Notes: a model not told the origin generated them from the sequence alone. Numbered from the stretch's first letter, positions 31,346 to 43,309 are shown. The stretch is DNA of 64,000 nt from Candidatus Latescibacterota bacterium (GCA_965248265.1 CBDFJF010000002.1:1536001-1600000), one strand, 5' to 3'. A program made the numbers and translations.

Positions 31346-32055
31346 ATCAAAGCGTTGGCGATCAAGCGCAGGGCAAGGACGGTGACGAGTACCTTGAAGA
31401 TCTTGCGGAACAAGGCCTCAGAGAGTCGCCGGCGCAATCGGGTGCCGGCGTACGAGCCCACGGTCACGGCCACGATCATGCCGGCGATCAGTGGAAGGTA
31501 CGGGGCAAAGGCGAATCCGATCAGTCCGAAGACGAGTATCTTGAACAAGTGGGTGATCGCCATCAAGAGGCCGGAGGTGATGACGAGCCGATCCTTGGAA
31601 AGGCCCTGCCGCAGCAGGAAAGCATTCGTCAACGGTCCCGTCGCCCCGACGAAAAGGGACAATCCGGTCTGCAATGCTCCGAGGACGGCGAAATGCCCCG
31701 GGAAACGGAAATTCCTTTCGGGAACCGGCACCCAGACGGCCAGCAGGATGAACACCCCCAGGATCAGGGTCATGGTGTCCGGCTCAAGGTGCACGACGAT
31801 GCGGGAACCGAGTAGTGCGCCGACGACGGAGCCCCCCAGAAAGGGCCAAAGAATCGTCCACTGCATATGGCGCAGGCCGAGAGCCACGCGGCTGCAGTTG
31901 GAGGCCAGCTGTACCGCACCGTGCACGGGTATGATGGCGGCCGGGGCCACGAGGCCGGGCATGATGGAAATGAGCATGATGCCGCCGCCCATGCCGATGA
32001 CGCCGGTAAAGGTCGAGGTCAGGAAGGAAATGAAGATCAGGTAGAGGGTTTCCAT
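31342..32055 (-). CDS. Sulfite exporter TauE/SafE family protein
   Basis: GMGGG N-terminal motif, HGAVQLASN, GATGP, multiple TM helices. Confidence 0.88.
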   Translation of the reverse strand: METLYLIFISFLTSTFTGVIGMGGGIMLISIMPGLVAPAAIIPVHGAVQLASNCSRVALGLRHMQWTILWPFLGGSVVGALLGSRIVVHLEPDTMTLILGVFILLAVWVPVPERNFRFPGHFAVLGALQTGLSLFVGATGPLTNAFLLRQGLSKDRLVITSGLLMAITHLFKILVFGLIGFAFAPYLPLIAGMIVAVTVGSYAGTRLRRRLSEALFRKIFKVLVTVLALRLIANALM

Positions 32056-32060
32056 CTACC

Positions 32061-34046
32061 TTAGAGTCGGTCGATGGCCTCGCGCGCGGCAGCCGTCATT
32101 CTCGGGTCGCCGCGCCATTTCTCGATGAACGTCGCGTAGGCTTCCCTTGCAGCGCCCGGCCGGCGGGACTGCTCATGGAGGGTGCCCATAGCGTAATACG
32201 CTCTGATGAAGTTGGGATCGATCCGCAAGACTTCCTCATACGAGGTTCGGGCCTCGTCGAATTGCTTCAACTGCAGGTAGGCGCTGCCGAGATTGAAGCG
32301 CGCTTCTGTGTGGTCGGGAGCGGCTTCGACGGCTTTGCGGAAGTGCTCGACCGCCTGCTCAACCTCGCCGCCGACAAGAGCCAGGTTACCGAGATTGTGC
32401 CAGCCTTGAGCGTAGGAAGGATTGATCTCGACTGTTTTGGCGAACGCCTGCTGCGCTTCCTGCGGTCGCTGGGACAGCCGGTGAATGTTGCCGAGGGTAA
32501 GGTAGATCCCCGGTTCATGCGGATTGCGCTGAAGCAGGGTTTCAGCCAGCACTTTGGCTTCATCGAGTTGGCCGCTTTGTGCCAGCAATTGACACAGCTG
32601 CAAGCCGGAAGACAAGAGACCAGGATCGATGGACAGCAGTGCCCGGTACTGGATGATCGCATCCGTGGTCTTACCGAGCAGGCGGTAGGTCTGCGCCAAT
32701 CCCATGCGTGCCTCGGTGTTTTCCGGACTGCCATACAGTGTGGCCTTGTACCTGGCCACCTCATCGGATAGCTGATTCAGCCGTTGAGCCCTCTGCGTCA
32801 GGAGCTCAGCCTCGTTCGTGCCTTCCCGAAGTAGAGCAGCAAGATCGCGCGTGCCCTGCAGATGGGATGGGTCCGTTCGCAGAACCTGGCGCAGCGGCTC
32901 GACCGCCTCCTCCTTCCTGCCGGAGCTACGGTAGAGCACACTCAGCTCGTAGTGGGCGTCGATGTCACTGGGCGTGAGTTCGAGCGCGCGCTGCAGCGCG
33001 GCTTCGGCCGGTTCGTACCGTCCAAGCCCGGTGAGAAGACTGCCGATCATGAGATGGGTCGCGGCCTCATCGGTTCTCCCCAACAGGGCTTTCTTCAGCG
33101 TCGCCTCGGCTTCCTCGTTGCGGCCCTGCTCAATGTAGATCTCTGCAAGACTGCGCAGGGCCGGAGTCAGGCGCGGTTCAAACCGCACCGCTTTCTCGAT
33201 CAGAGCTATGGCCTCCACGGGCTTGCCCAGATCCCGCTTTACCGATCCCAGCCGATACAGGGCCAGCGCATAGGTCGAATCGATCTGCAGGGCTTCCTCG
33301 TACTGGTGCGCGGCCTCGTCAAGGCGTAGCATAGCTGTGTAAATTCCGCCCAACCCCACATGAATCGATGCGTCCGGTAGAAGCTTGATGGCCCTGCGGT
33401 AGGACTGAATGGCCTTGTCGAAACTTCCTTCCGTCGCGTAAAGGCTACCCAGGAGTCGATGGCAGGGGGCGAAGCTGCCGTCGAGCTCGACGCAGCGCTC
33501 CATGGCCTCGGCTCCTCGCTCCATGCTGTTCATCTGAATGAGAACCTGACCCAGGTTGTACTGAGACTTGGCCTCGTAAGGAGCGTGCCGCTCGGCCATT
33601 TCAAAGGCGTCGAGGGCCGCTTCGAGGTCACCTAGCTGGTGCGCGATGCGACCGAGATTGCTGCGTGATTCGGCGAGAGTCGAATCCAATCGGAGCGCGG
33701 ATTGAAAGAAGCGTCTGGAGCTTTCCAGGTCGCCACTGTATGCCGCCAGTTGTCCCAGGCCCTGGTAAGACAGGGCATAGGTAGAGTCGATCTGCAGGGC
33801 TCTCAAGTAGCTGGCCTCGGCTTCGTCGAATCTCTGGCTACGCACCAGGGCCACGGCGAGGTTGTGATGGGGCAGATGGTCGGTGGGGTTGGCCTCGATA
33901 TCGGCGGAGTAGCGCGCGACGAGGTCGGCATCGCTCTCCTGCTGCTGGGTATCCTGTGGCTCATCATCGTTGCCGCAGGAAAGCAGCGCGGCCGTGAGAA
34001 CTATCTTGAGAATAGGTGTAGATCGTAGTAGGTACCGAATCTTCAT
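32061..34046 (-). CDS. Large TPR-repeat lipoprotein
   Basis: Start ATG 34046, lipobox LLSC, many consecutive TPR repeats. Confidence 0.88.
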   Translation of the reverse strand: MKIRYLLRSTPILKIVLTAALLSCGNDDEPQDTQQQESDADLVARYSADIEANPTDHLPHHNLAVALVRSQRFDEAEASYLRALQIDSTYALSYQGLGQLAAYSGDLESSRRFFQSALRLDSTLAESRSNLGRIAHQLGDLEAALDAFEMAERHAPYEAKSQYNLGQVLIQMNSMERGAEAMERCVELDGSFAPCHRLLGSLYATEGSFDKAIQSYRRAIKLLPDASIHVGLGGIYTAMLRLDEAAHQYEEALQIDSTYALALYRLGSVKRDLGKPVEAIALIEKAVRFEPRLTPALRSLAEIYIEQGRNEEAEATLKKALLGRTDEAATHLMIGSLLTGLGRYEPAEAALQRALELTPSDIDAHYELSVLYRSSGRKEEAVEPLRQVLRTDPSHLQGTRDLAALLREGTNEAELLTQRAQRLNQLSDEVARYKATLYGSPENTEARMGLAQTYRLLGKTTDAIIQYRALLSIDPGLLSSGLQLCQLLAQSGQLDEAKVLAETLLQRNPHEPGIYLTLGNIHRLSQRPQEAQQAFAKTVEINPSYAQGWHNLGNLALVGGEVEQAVEHFRKAVEAAPDHTEARFNLGSAYLQLKQFDEARTSYEEVLRIDPNFIRAYYAMGTLHEQSRRPGAAREAYATFIEKWRGDPRMTAAAREAIDRL

Positions 34047-34178
34047 GGGGACTCTTGCAGAGAGAGTGATTGGCGATGAGGTTTGCGCAACAGAAAATAC
34101 CATGTTTCACCGTTGAGTCGAATCCCTACTGAGTTTGATCCTAAACTTGCTGTTGACCAGCAGAGACTGGAGGTCATT

Positions 34179-34541
34179 TTGCCTGACGATGAGTTCTACA
34201 CGCGGCCGATGTTCCACGTTCGAGAGGTCGGTACGAGCATCGCCTACTACTGTGAAAAACTTGGCTTCACCAAGAGCTGGGAATTCAACGTCATCGCACA
34301 GGTGGGTCGCAACGGACTTGACATCATTCTGGATGCGGGCAGCGATATTCCCAGAGCCGCCGTGCCGTCCGTCATCAGCATGTCCGTTGGCGATCTCGAT
34401 GGTTTACACCAGGACCTGGAGAAACGCGGCGCGAAGATAACGGCTCCTCCTTTCGACGTTGACTGGCAAGAAGGCATCCGCCAGTTCGACGTGGAGGATA
34501 TCGACGGAAACATTCTCGTTTTCTGGGGTGACGAAGCGTAG
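34179..34541 (+). CDS. Glyoxalase/bleomycin resistance (VOC) family protein
   Basis: GGAGG then TTG at 34179. SIAYYCEKLGF...W...GIRQFDVEDIDGNILVF. Confidence 0.85.
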   Translation: MPDDEFYTRPMFHVREVGTSIAYYCEKLGFTKSWEFNVIAQVGRNGLDIILDAGSDIPRAAVPSVISMSVGDLDGLHQDLEKRGAKITAPPFDVDWQEGIRQFDVEDIDGNILVFWGDEA

Positions 34542-34583
34542 TTCGGGCCTGACAGGTGGAAGCCAAAGTCGATCGGCTGAATC

Positions 34584-35051
34584 ATGGGCAGAGAAATCGA
34601 GAGAAAGTACCTGGTGCAGGACGATCGGGTTCTTCAAGGGTTGGACGGTGTGTATTTCAAGCAGGGGTACATTCAAGGGCGCGAGCGTGTCGCTGCGCGC
34701 ATCCGGATCAAGGACGGCAGGGGATTCATCACACTCAAGGGGGAGGCGAAGGGGATTTCACACAGCGAGTTCGAGTACGAAATTCCCCTGGACGACGCCG
34801 AGGCAATCTTGGAGCAGTTCTGTGAGAAACCGTTTATCGAGAAAACACGATACGAAATTGAGCACGCGGGACTGGTGTGGGAGGTTGATGTCTTTCACGG
34901 CGACAACGAAGGCTTGGTAGTGGCTGAAGTCGAGCTGGAGCGAGAGGATCAGAAGGTGGAGCTGCCGCCGTGGGTGGGGGAGGAAGTAAGCCAGGATGGG
35001 CGCTACTACAACGCCAGTCTGACTGTCAATCCGTACAAGAATTGGGGATAG
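34584..35051 (+). CDS. CYTH domain protein (triphosphate tunnel metalloenzyme)
   Basis: EIERKYLV, QGY, RIR, EFEYEIP, IEKTRY, WEVDVF.G.N.GL..AEVEL. Confidence 0.93.
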   Translation: MGREIERKYLVQDDRVLQGLDGVYFKQGYIQGRERVAARIRIKDGRGFITLKGEAKGISHSEFEYEIPLDDAEAILEQFCEKPFIEKTRYEIEHAGLVWEVDVFHGDNEGLVVAEVELEREDQKVELPPWVGEEVSQDGRYYNASLTVNPYKNWG

Positions 35052-35076
35052 CAGCTCACTACAACGGTTAGCCTAG

Positions 35077-37446
35077 TTACCGAGCCAACCGGTATCGCAG
35101 CACCAGAAACAGCTCGCGCCCAGGTTGTGGGTGATAAGCAGGGATGAAACCTGAGGGGTTTTGCACCGTGGGCTGCAATTCGTCGACGGGACGCACGCCC
35201 GAACCCGATTGGCGTCCGATTCCCGCGTAGTCTTCGCCGAGCAGGTTGCGGACGATGAGCTGTGGTTCCAGCACAGAATTGCTGCCGAGCAGATCGTGGC
35301 CGGTGAGGGCGAGGTCGACGAGGAAGTGGCCATCCATGAAGCCGTCCGGCGACGCTTCGGTCACGTAGTCGTATCCCATGGCGGCGAGGGTAGCGTCGGT
35401 CTTGGGTTGGAAGTAGAGGTTTGATGCCGGCGCCTTGATCTGTCCTCGCCATCTGGCCCGCAGGTTGGCATTGACATGAGGGTGCTGGTAGTTGAGTCCG
35501 GCGTTCGCCTTGTGGGCGGAGATGTTGTCCAGGTCGTCACCGTCTTCCCCGCGTGTCAGGCTGTAGTTGGCGAAAGCGAAGAGCCGCGGCCCGATCTGGA
35601 AATCACCGGTCAAGCTGAGGCCATGGACGCTGGTCGAGCCGATGTTCTGGTAGTAATCCAAATGCTGCCCGGACGGGCCAATCGGCACCTGCGTTGGATC
35701 CGGGTTGGGTGCTACAACGATGAGATCGGTCAAGCGGCTGTAGAAGAAGCCGCCACGGACCACCGCTCTCTCGCTGAAGTGGTAGGACAACTCGGTTTCT
35801 CCGGTGGCGATCTCTTCGGGCTTGAGCAGCTCGTTGCCACGCCATTCATCGAACTGCTCGAAAACGGTCGGAGCTTTGAAGGCCTCGCCGTAGAGCAGCT
35901 TGAACCCCAAGCCGTGACTCGGATTGCGCACGACGCCGAGTCGCGGGTTGAACACGTGGCCGTACTCGTCATCCCCATCGAAACGCAGTCCGGCCGTGAT
36001 GGTGTGCTCCGGATTCAGCCGATATTCGTACTGTCCGTACAGGGCAGCGTTCTGGGAGAAGAACACTGGTTGCACAGATCGTTGCTCATTCGTCCAGGTC
36101 GATCCGACGATCGTCGAGTTGGCATCCTGGTCTGGTCCCAGAGAGATGCCCCAATGCTCCTTGATCTCCTGCTCGAGCTGCAAACCTACGACGAGGCCAC
36201 TCCGCTCTGACAGGTCGAGGTTGAGCTGCTGCTCCAGGCCGACGACGAAACCCTCACCGTGGTACCCCTTTTTTTTATCCGCCACCTGGGGATCGCTGCC
36301 GTTGTCGACACTCTGGTATTGGTAGGTATAGGTGAAACCGGTTTCGGGCAGAACGCGATCGCTGCGAAAGTAGGTGCGCGAGTGGGACTGAAGATTGTCC
36401 GTCAGCGCGGACTCGTAGGCGGCATAGGCGGCGTAGCCGCGGTGGTGAGCCCGGTAATCGATTCCAGCCGTGTTGGCGAAATACTCGTAACCGACGACCT
36501 CGCTGCCCAGTGCTTCGTCCTGGTCCCAGAAGTTGAAGCCGATGGTGAATCCGTCCTTGGTGACGCGCCCCCGCAGGAAGATATCGTCGATGTCCGTGCC
36601 GAATCCATCGGCTACCTGCAGGCGGCTGCCATCGGTGTTGCGCTCATTGGCGATGTTGCCGAACTCCGTCGTCAGCACCGAGTCCGGCTGGGCATTACCG
36701 TGGAAATAGCGGCCCGGATCCTGCCGTTCATCGCCGCCGTCTCCATCGCTGCGATACCATCTGCCGGCAAGCTGCAGGCTGACGCCGTTATCGAAACGAT
36801 ATCTCGCCATGCCTTCCGGGGACACCGTCCCATGCTGCCCCCCTAAGCCCAGTGCCTCGACGGTGAGCCCGGGAGGGGCCTCTGTTGCACTGCGGGTAAT
36901 GACGTTCACCAGGCCGGCATAGGCATTGGCGCCGTAGAGGGCTGACCCGGGGCCGCCGATGATCTCGATCTTCTCGACATCATTGAGCATGAAGTCGTAA
37001 CCCACGTGCCGGGCCCAGCCGTTGGAGACGTCGTTGATGACGATACCGTCTTCCATGACCAGCATCTTCGTCTGTCCAACGTCACCGACACCGCGATAGA
37101 GAAAGTGCGTCGGGTATTCCCCCGCCGGCTGCCCGGTGGTAAAGTCGAAACCGGGCACATCCTTCAGGGCATCCTCCAGGTTCAGGTACCCGCGCCGCTG
37201 AATCATCTCGCGGGTTATTACGGTGACGCTTGCAGGAGCCTCGGCTACGGTCTGTCCCTTGCGCGCGGGCGTGACGACGGTCATGTCCATCAGCATGTCC
37301 AGGTCCGTACCGAGCAACTCATCCAGCTCGTCGGCCATGGTCTCGCCAACATGCAGCAGACTGGTCATGACCGTGGTGAGGACGGCGCATCCTCTGAGGT
37401 AGCGCCGCGAAACGGTTCTAACTCTAAGCGCTGAATCCTGACTCAC
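35077..37446 (-). CDS. TonB-dependent receptor
   Basis: Plug VTVITREMIQRRGY..L.DAL..VPG, IEIIGGPGSALYGANAYAGLVNVIT, barrel strands, C-terminal PGRELFLVLRYRL. Confidence 0.92.
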   Translation of the reverse strand: MSQDSALRVRTVSRRYLRGCAVLTTVMTSLLHVGETMADELDELLGTDLDMLMDMTVVTPARKGQTVAEAPASVTVITREMIQRRGYLNLEDALKDVPGFDFTTGQPAGEYPTHFLYRGVGDVGQTKMLVMEDGIVINDVSNGWARHVGYDFMLNDVEKIEIIGGPGSALYGANAYAGLVNVITRSATEAPPGLTVEALGLGGQHGTVSPEGMARYRFDNGVSLQLAGRWYRSDGDGGDERQDPGRYFHGNAQPDSVLTTEFGNIANERNTDGSRLQVADGFGTDIDDIFLRGRVTKDGFTIGFNFWDQDEALGSEVVGYEYFANTAGIDYRAHHRGYAAYAAYESALTDNLQSHSRTYFRSDRVLPETGFTYTYQYQSVDNGSDPQVADKKKGYHGEGFVVGLEQQLNLDLSERSGLVVGLQLEQEIKEHWGISLGPDQDANSTIVGSTWTNEQRSVQPVFFSQNAALYGQYEYRLNPEHTITAGLRFDGDDEYGHVFNPRLGVVRNPSHGLGFKLLYGEAFKAPTVFEQFDEWRGNELLKPEEIATGETELSYHFSERAVVRGGFFYSRLTDLIVVAPNPDPTQVPIGPSGQHLDYYQNIGSTSVHGLSLTGDFQIGPRLFAFANYSLTRGEDGDDLDNISAHKANAGLNYQHPHVNANLRARWRGQIKAPASNLYFQPKTDATLAAMGYDYVTEASPDGFMDGHFLVDLALTGHDLLGSNSVLEPQLIVRNLLGEDYAGIGRQSGSGVRPVDELQPTVQNPSGFIPAYHPQPGRELFLVLRYRLAR

Positions 37447-37476
37447 CTGTAACTCCTTCCGATACCGGAAAATCGA

Positions 37477-37746
37477 ATGAAGATCGGCATCATCGGCTGT
37501 GGCAGTATGGCGGCCGGGCTGGCTGGTCTGGCAGACTCGATCGAAGATAAAGCAAAATCACTGGCAACTGAATTGAAAGCACAAGCATACTGCGGAAGCG
37601 GATGTGGTGGATCTTGTTGCGCAGGGGGCCGCCAGCGCGGCCTTCATGTCCGGCTTCCACCAATCGGGGACAAGGTGGGTCCCGATGTGACCTGTTCCGC
37701 CTATTACCAAAACGCGCATATGGGTCTCCTGTCACTCTTTCAATGA
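37477..37746 (+). pseudogene. Degenerate Gfo/Idh/MocA oxidoreductase remnant
   Basis: MKIGIIGCGSMA...ADSIEDKAKSLA N-terminus with the intervening helix missing. The frame then loses similarity; only 89 aa. Confidence 0.55.
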
Positions 37747-38634
37747 GTCGGGTCGGGAGTCCAACGAGTCCGACTCCGGCATGGGCAAGCGCCAGGAGTA
37801 GCGACTCATGAGCTCGTGATCCGAATCCCCGGATTTCCGGCGAGCATAGGCGGTGAGGGGCAGGTAGTAATGGACCTCCGAATTCATCCTGATGAATCCT
37901 TCCCCGTAGGCAACCGTGCCGCCGCCGAGGCTGCCGTCGCTGGTCTCGGTGCGCTTGCGGTTGTAGGCGCCCGCGTAGCCCTGGCTGACCAGACACTCCA
38001 TGGCCGCGAATTTCTTGTCGATGACATCGGTGGTGTCGATGAAAACATCGTTGGTGTACCCTCCACGGGAGTCCCATAGGCCGTCGCGCACCCTAGCCGC
38101 TCCCCCTCCGAAGAAGAACACCTGCGCAGTGCGATGGGGCGGATGGCGGTCACCCGGGTCCACGCTGCCGGCATGCTGTAGGGCATGCAACACAATCTGG
38201 CCGGCCACGGCATGCGCGCGCACGTGCCCGTCCCCCTCGAAGGGGTAATGGGTCAGCACGATATCGGGACGCAACTGGCGTAGCAGGCGGGCCAGTCGGC
38301 TGATGATGTCCCGCTCCACCAGCAGGATGCCATCATCCACACCCATGAAGTGAACATCCTCCACGCCCAGGATCTTGCACGCGGTCACGATCTCCTGAGC
38401 TTTCACGTCGGAACGGTCACCCATCAACTGTTCCAGCTCTTCGGCGTCCGGGATCTCCTCGCGGTGGTACATCGCGTCGCTGATGACGGCGTCGTGGACA
38501 CGTGCCCCGTGGGTGAGCGAGATGCAGGCAACATAATCGCCGCGAGCCGTGTGGTGTGCCATGGTACCCCCGCTCTGATCGAACACGTCGGCCGGATGGG
38601 CGCCAATGGAGACGATGCGCAAAGGTTCGGACAT
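37732..38634 (-). CDS. PIG-L/LmbE family zinc protein, GalB (4-oxalomesaconate hydratase)-like subtype
   Basis: GAHPAD (not HPDD), GGT, LTHG, RPDIVLTH..., FIDTTDVIDKKFAAMECLVSQ. GGAG RBS. Confidence 0.8.
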   Translation of the reverse strand: MSEPLRIVSIGAHPADVFDQSGGTMAHHTARGDYVACISLTHGARVHDAVISDAMYHREEIPDAEELEQLMGDRSDVKAQEIVTACKILGVEDVHFMGVDDGILLVERDIISRLARLLRQLRPDIVLTHYPFEGDGHVRAHAVAGQIVLHALQHAGSVDPGDRHPPHRTAQVFFFGGGAARVRDGLWDSRGGYTNDVFIDTTDVIDKKFAAMECLVSQGYAGAYNRKRTETSDGSLGGGTVAYGEGFIRMNSEVHYYLPLTAYARRKSGDSDHELMSRYSWRLPMPESDSLDSRPDSLKE

Positions 38635-38690
38635 GAGTATTCTCCTCTCTTGGGAACGAAAAGGGCCCGTTTCGATATTCTGTCAAGGCG

Positions 38691-38800
38691 CTAAGGTCGA
38701 TCTACGGCCAGTGTTTCCATGGCAGGGCGGTCGGTCACGAACAGCTGGTTCTGTCGCTGGACATCGGCGAGGTGGTCGAAGGTCTTGTAGGTGAAACTCG

Positions 38801-38804
<4 letters not shown>
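38691..38804 (-). pseudogene. 37-aa ORF translationally coupled to uup; small protein or collapsed remnant
   Basis: ATGA overlap with the uup stop; MTSFTYKTFDHLADVQRQNQLFVTDRPAMETLAVDRP*. Confidence 0.4.
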
Positions 38805-40594
<1,790 letters not shown>

Positions 40595-40692
40595 GGTGGA
40601 ATTCGGCTTGGTGATGCGGTGGAGGGTTCCGACTATGGCGGCGCTAACAGTATAAGGTGTATGGAAGGACAGGTCATTGAAGCGATCACTCC

Positions 40693-40914
40693 TCATGGTC
40701 CCGGGATTCTGTAGATCTTGCCGTGCAGGGTTGGGCGAAAATCCGAGCCCCGGATCATTCAAAACGCGGCGATGTACAGGGTGCCGTCGGGGCCAAAGGC
40801 CACATCCAGAGGATGTTCGTGAACACAGGGTTTGTGACCGATGCCGAACGGCGTGGTCTCTGGTCCGACGCACGGGAATTCGATGAAGTAAGCGAATTTC
40901 CCATGGTGGTGAGC
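40693..40914 (-). pseudogene. C-terminal remnant of a PQQ-dependent sugar dehydrogenase-like beta-propeller
   Basis: Minus frame reads HPLDVAFGPDGTLYIAAF*MIRGSDFRPTLHGKIYRIPGP*, with an internal TGA at 40759-61 and an upstream TAA. No start or N-terminal part. Confidence 0.55.
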
Positions 40915-41020
40915 TTACGGAAATCCGACCAACACGTCAGGTGATCGGCCGGTTGCGGCACAGGTGGCAATACACCATCATTGCAGCTGTCGTGAAGAAC
41001 GTATCGGCTCAGGCGAAAGA

Positions 41021-42295
41021 ATGGATCAGGCGATGAACAAAGCGCAATGGAAAAAGACGGCGTTACGGGAAATCGAAGAAAGAATCGGTGAGTTTGAAAA
41101 ATTTCTGGGTGATGTAATCCGCATTCCCACAGACAATCCTCCCGGTGACACGACCGAATGTGTCAGGTTTCTCGCCGATCATTTAAAATCCTGCGGCCTG
41201 CCAACCGATATTTACGAACCAAAAGAAGGAAGACCGAACCTGGTATCGTATCTAGCCGGGGGATCGGGGAAACCCAACCTCGTTCTCAATGGTCACATCG
41301 ATCAATTTCCCGTGAATGACAAAGAGCTGTGGTCTTTCGATCCCTATTCAGGTGAATGCAGAGATGGCAAGATTCTCGGCCGTGGATCGGGGGACATGAA
41401 AGCGGGTTCCGTGGCTTCACTGTTATGCCTCCAGCTCTTCCGTGAGTTGAACATACCCCTTGAAGGGCAGCTTACTCTGACACTGGTGTCCGATGAAGAA
41501 TCGGGAAGCAGATGGGGCAGCCGCTGGCTAATAGAAAATGTTCCAATGACCAGGGGTGACAGCTGCCTGAACAGTGAGCCTACGCGCATGACAGAGGTAC
41601 TGATCGGTCACAAGGGGATGTTCTGGCTTCGGGTCACAATCAACGGACCGGGAGGACATGCAGCCCTCCCATCGGAGGAAAACGCTGTCGCCATGGCAAT
41701 GAAGATCGCTCAAGCCGTCACGGCGATACAAGGCTGGAAACTTCCCCCTCCCGCTGAATTGGCTGAGACGATAAAGCTTTCCAAATCATTGACAGAAACT
41801 GGACCTCAGACAACGGGACAAGGCTGGGTGGTAGATTCCACGACTGTAAGCATAGGATCGATCAAAGGGGGTGTACAAGCCAACACGATACCGCCGTACT
41901 GCGAAATGGAAATTGATCTGCGACCTCCCATAGGTATCACGGGAGCGGAATTGAAGGCCAAGGTGGAAGAGGTTATTGAGAGTACGGATCTCAACACGGA
42001 CCTCATAACAACAGAATGGTATTTGGATTTCGAGCCGGCCTACTCTTCACCCGAAGATAGGATCGTCACACTTACCCGGGATAACGCTGAGATAATCACT
42101 AAAGAAAAGGTCGATATCACCACGAGTTATGGTTCGACCGACACTCGTTTCTGGTGGGCAGAGGGAATCCCGGCGGCTGTTTACGGAACGGATCTTTTCA
42201 ATATCGGAGAGGCAGACGAATGCATTCTCCAGAAGGATTTCGAAAACTGCATCAAGGTGCATATGGCTACTGCGATCGACTACCTTTGCTCCTGA
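41021..42295 (+). CDS. M20 family metallopeptidase/deacylase (ArgE/DapE-like)
   Basis: LNGHID, GRGSGDMKAG, SDEE, EPT, GGH, GG...N.IP, GSTD. Confidence 0.9.
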   Translation: MDQAMNKAQWKKTALREIEERIGEFEKFLGDVIRIPTDNPPGDTTECVRFLADHLKSCGLPTDIYEPKEGRPNLVSYLAGGSGKPNLVLNGHIDQFPVNDKELWSFDPYSGECRDGKILGRGSGDMKAGSVASLLCLQLFRELNIPLEGQLTLTLVSDEESGSRWGSRWLIENVPMTRGDSCLNSEPTRMTEVLIGHKGMFWLRVTINGPGGHAALPSEENAVAMAMKIAQAVTAIQGWKLPPPAELAETIKLSKSLTETGPQTTGQGWVVDSTTVSIGSIKGGVQANTIPPYCEMEIDLRPPIGITGAELKAKVEEVIESTDLNTDLITTEWYLDFEPAYSSPEDRIVTLTRDNAEIITKEKVDITTSYGSTDTRFWWAEGIPAAVYGTDLFNIGEADECILQKDFENCIKVHMATAIDYLCS

Positions 42296-42317
42296 TAGCA
42301 ACACTCGGAGGCTACCC

Positions 42318-43241
42318 ATGGAAATGCGCTATCCGCAGGCCTTGTTGGTGAGTTGCGAGTGTCCCTGGGACGACAACGAGGAACTGCTGGAGGACGTGTT
42401 CCGGACTGAGGTTCGCGCTACTCTGGCCAAAGGTTTCAATCACCTGTATGTCTTCGGCACGGCAGGGGAGGGGTACGCCGTTACCCTGTCACAGTTCAAA
42501 CAGATCGTCGAGGTGTTCTGGGAGGAAGTCGACAAGCCCGACACCTTTCCGATGGTCGGCATCATCGGCATGTCGACAGGACAGTTCGTCGAGCGCATCA
42601 CCTTCGCCCGCGATCGGGGATTCCGCACCTTCCAGGTCGCCCTGCCGCCGTGGGGCATTCTGGATGACGACGAGTACATGACCTTTTTCAAGGATGTGTG
42701 CGGCAGTTTTCCCGATTGCCGTTTCATTCACTACAACCTGCCCCGAGCTCGCCGCCTGCTCAGGGGCGAGGACTATCGGCGACTGGCTGACGCTATCCCC
42801 AATATCGCCGGTACGAAGAACTGTCGCACGGACATCGACGACGTGGTGAACATCGCCACCTGCGCGCCGGAGCTGCAGCATTTCTACGGCGAAACCGGAT
42901 TTCCCATCGGGTGCCTCTACGGCGAGTGTTCCCTGCTGAGCTCCTACGGCGCTCTCTTTCCGAGCAAGACCAAAGAGTTCTTTCAGTACGGTGTCGACAA
43001 GAACTGGGACAAGCTGTTTCCGATGATGGCCAAGTACAACGAGGTGATGATTGCCTTCGACGAACCGACTCTGGCACGGGAGGGCATCGATGGTTGCTAC
43101 GACAAAATGATCGTGCGCGGCAGCGGCGTCGACATGCCACTACGCATGCTCTCACCCTACCAATGCTTCGACATGGAGGTGTACGAAGCTGTTATGCGAA
43201 ACATGCGTGAGCGCTATCCAGATTGGCTCGACGCGCAATAA
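42318..43241 (+). CDS. DapA/NAL superfamily aldolase/dehydratase-like protein (divergent)
   Basis: GGAGG RBS, ATG 42318. GTAGEG, HYN, and Schiff-base Lys in AGTKN. Confidence 0.85.
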   Translation: MEMRYPQALLVSCECPWDDNEELLEDVFRTEVRATLAKGFNHLYVFGTAGEGYAVTLSQFKQIVEVFWEEVDKPDTFPMVGIIGMSTGQFVERITFARDRGFRTFQVALPPWGILDDDEYMTFFKDVCGSFPDCRFIHYNLPRARRLLRGEDYRRLADAIPNIAGTKNCRTDIDDVVNIATCAPELQHFYGETGFPIGCLYGECSLLSSYGALFPSKTKEFFQYGVDKNWDKLFPMMAKYNEVMIAFDEPTLAREGIDGCYDKMIVRGSGVDMPLRMLSPYQCFDMEVYEAVMRNMRERYPDWLDAQ

Positions 43242-43309
43242 CAGGCCGCTGCGTCATGCCGTCCTGGATGGCCAGGTTGGCACGCCTACCTGGACAAAGC
43301 GATTGCAGA

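Noticed and set aside
40759-40761. In-frame TGA as a second possible selenocysteine
   Set aside because: The position is not a Cys column (usually Gly after LYIADF-like motifs), there is an upstream TAA and no start, so it is a decayed fragment.
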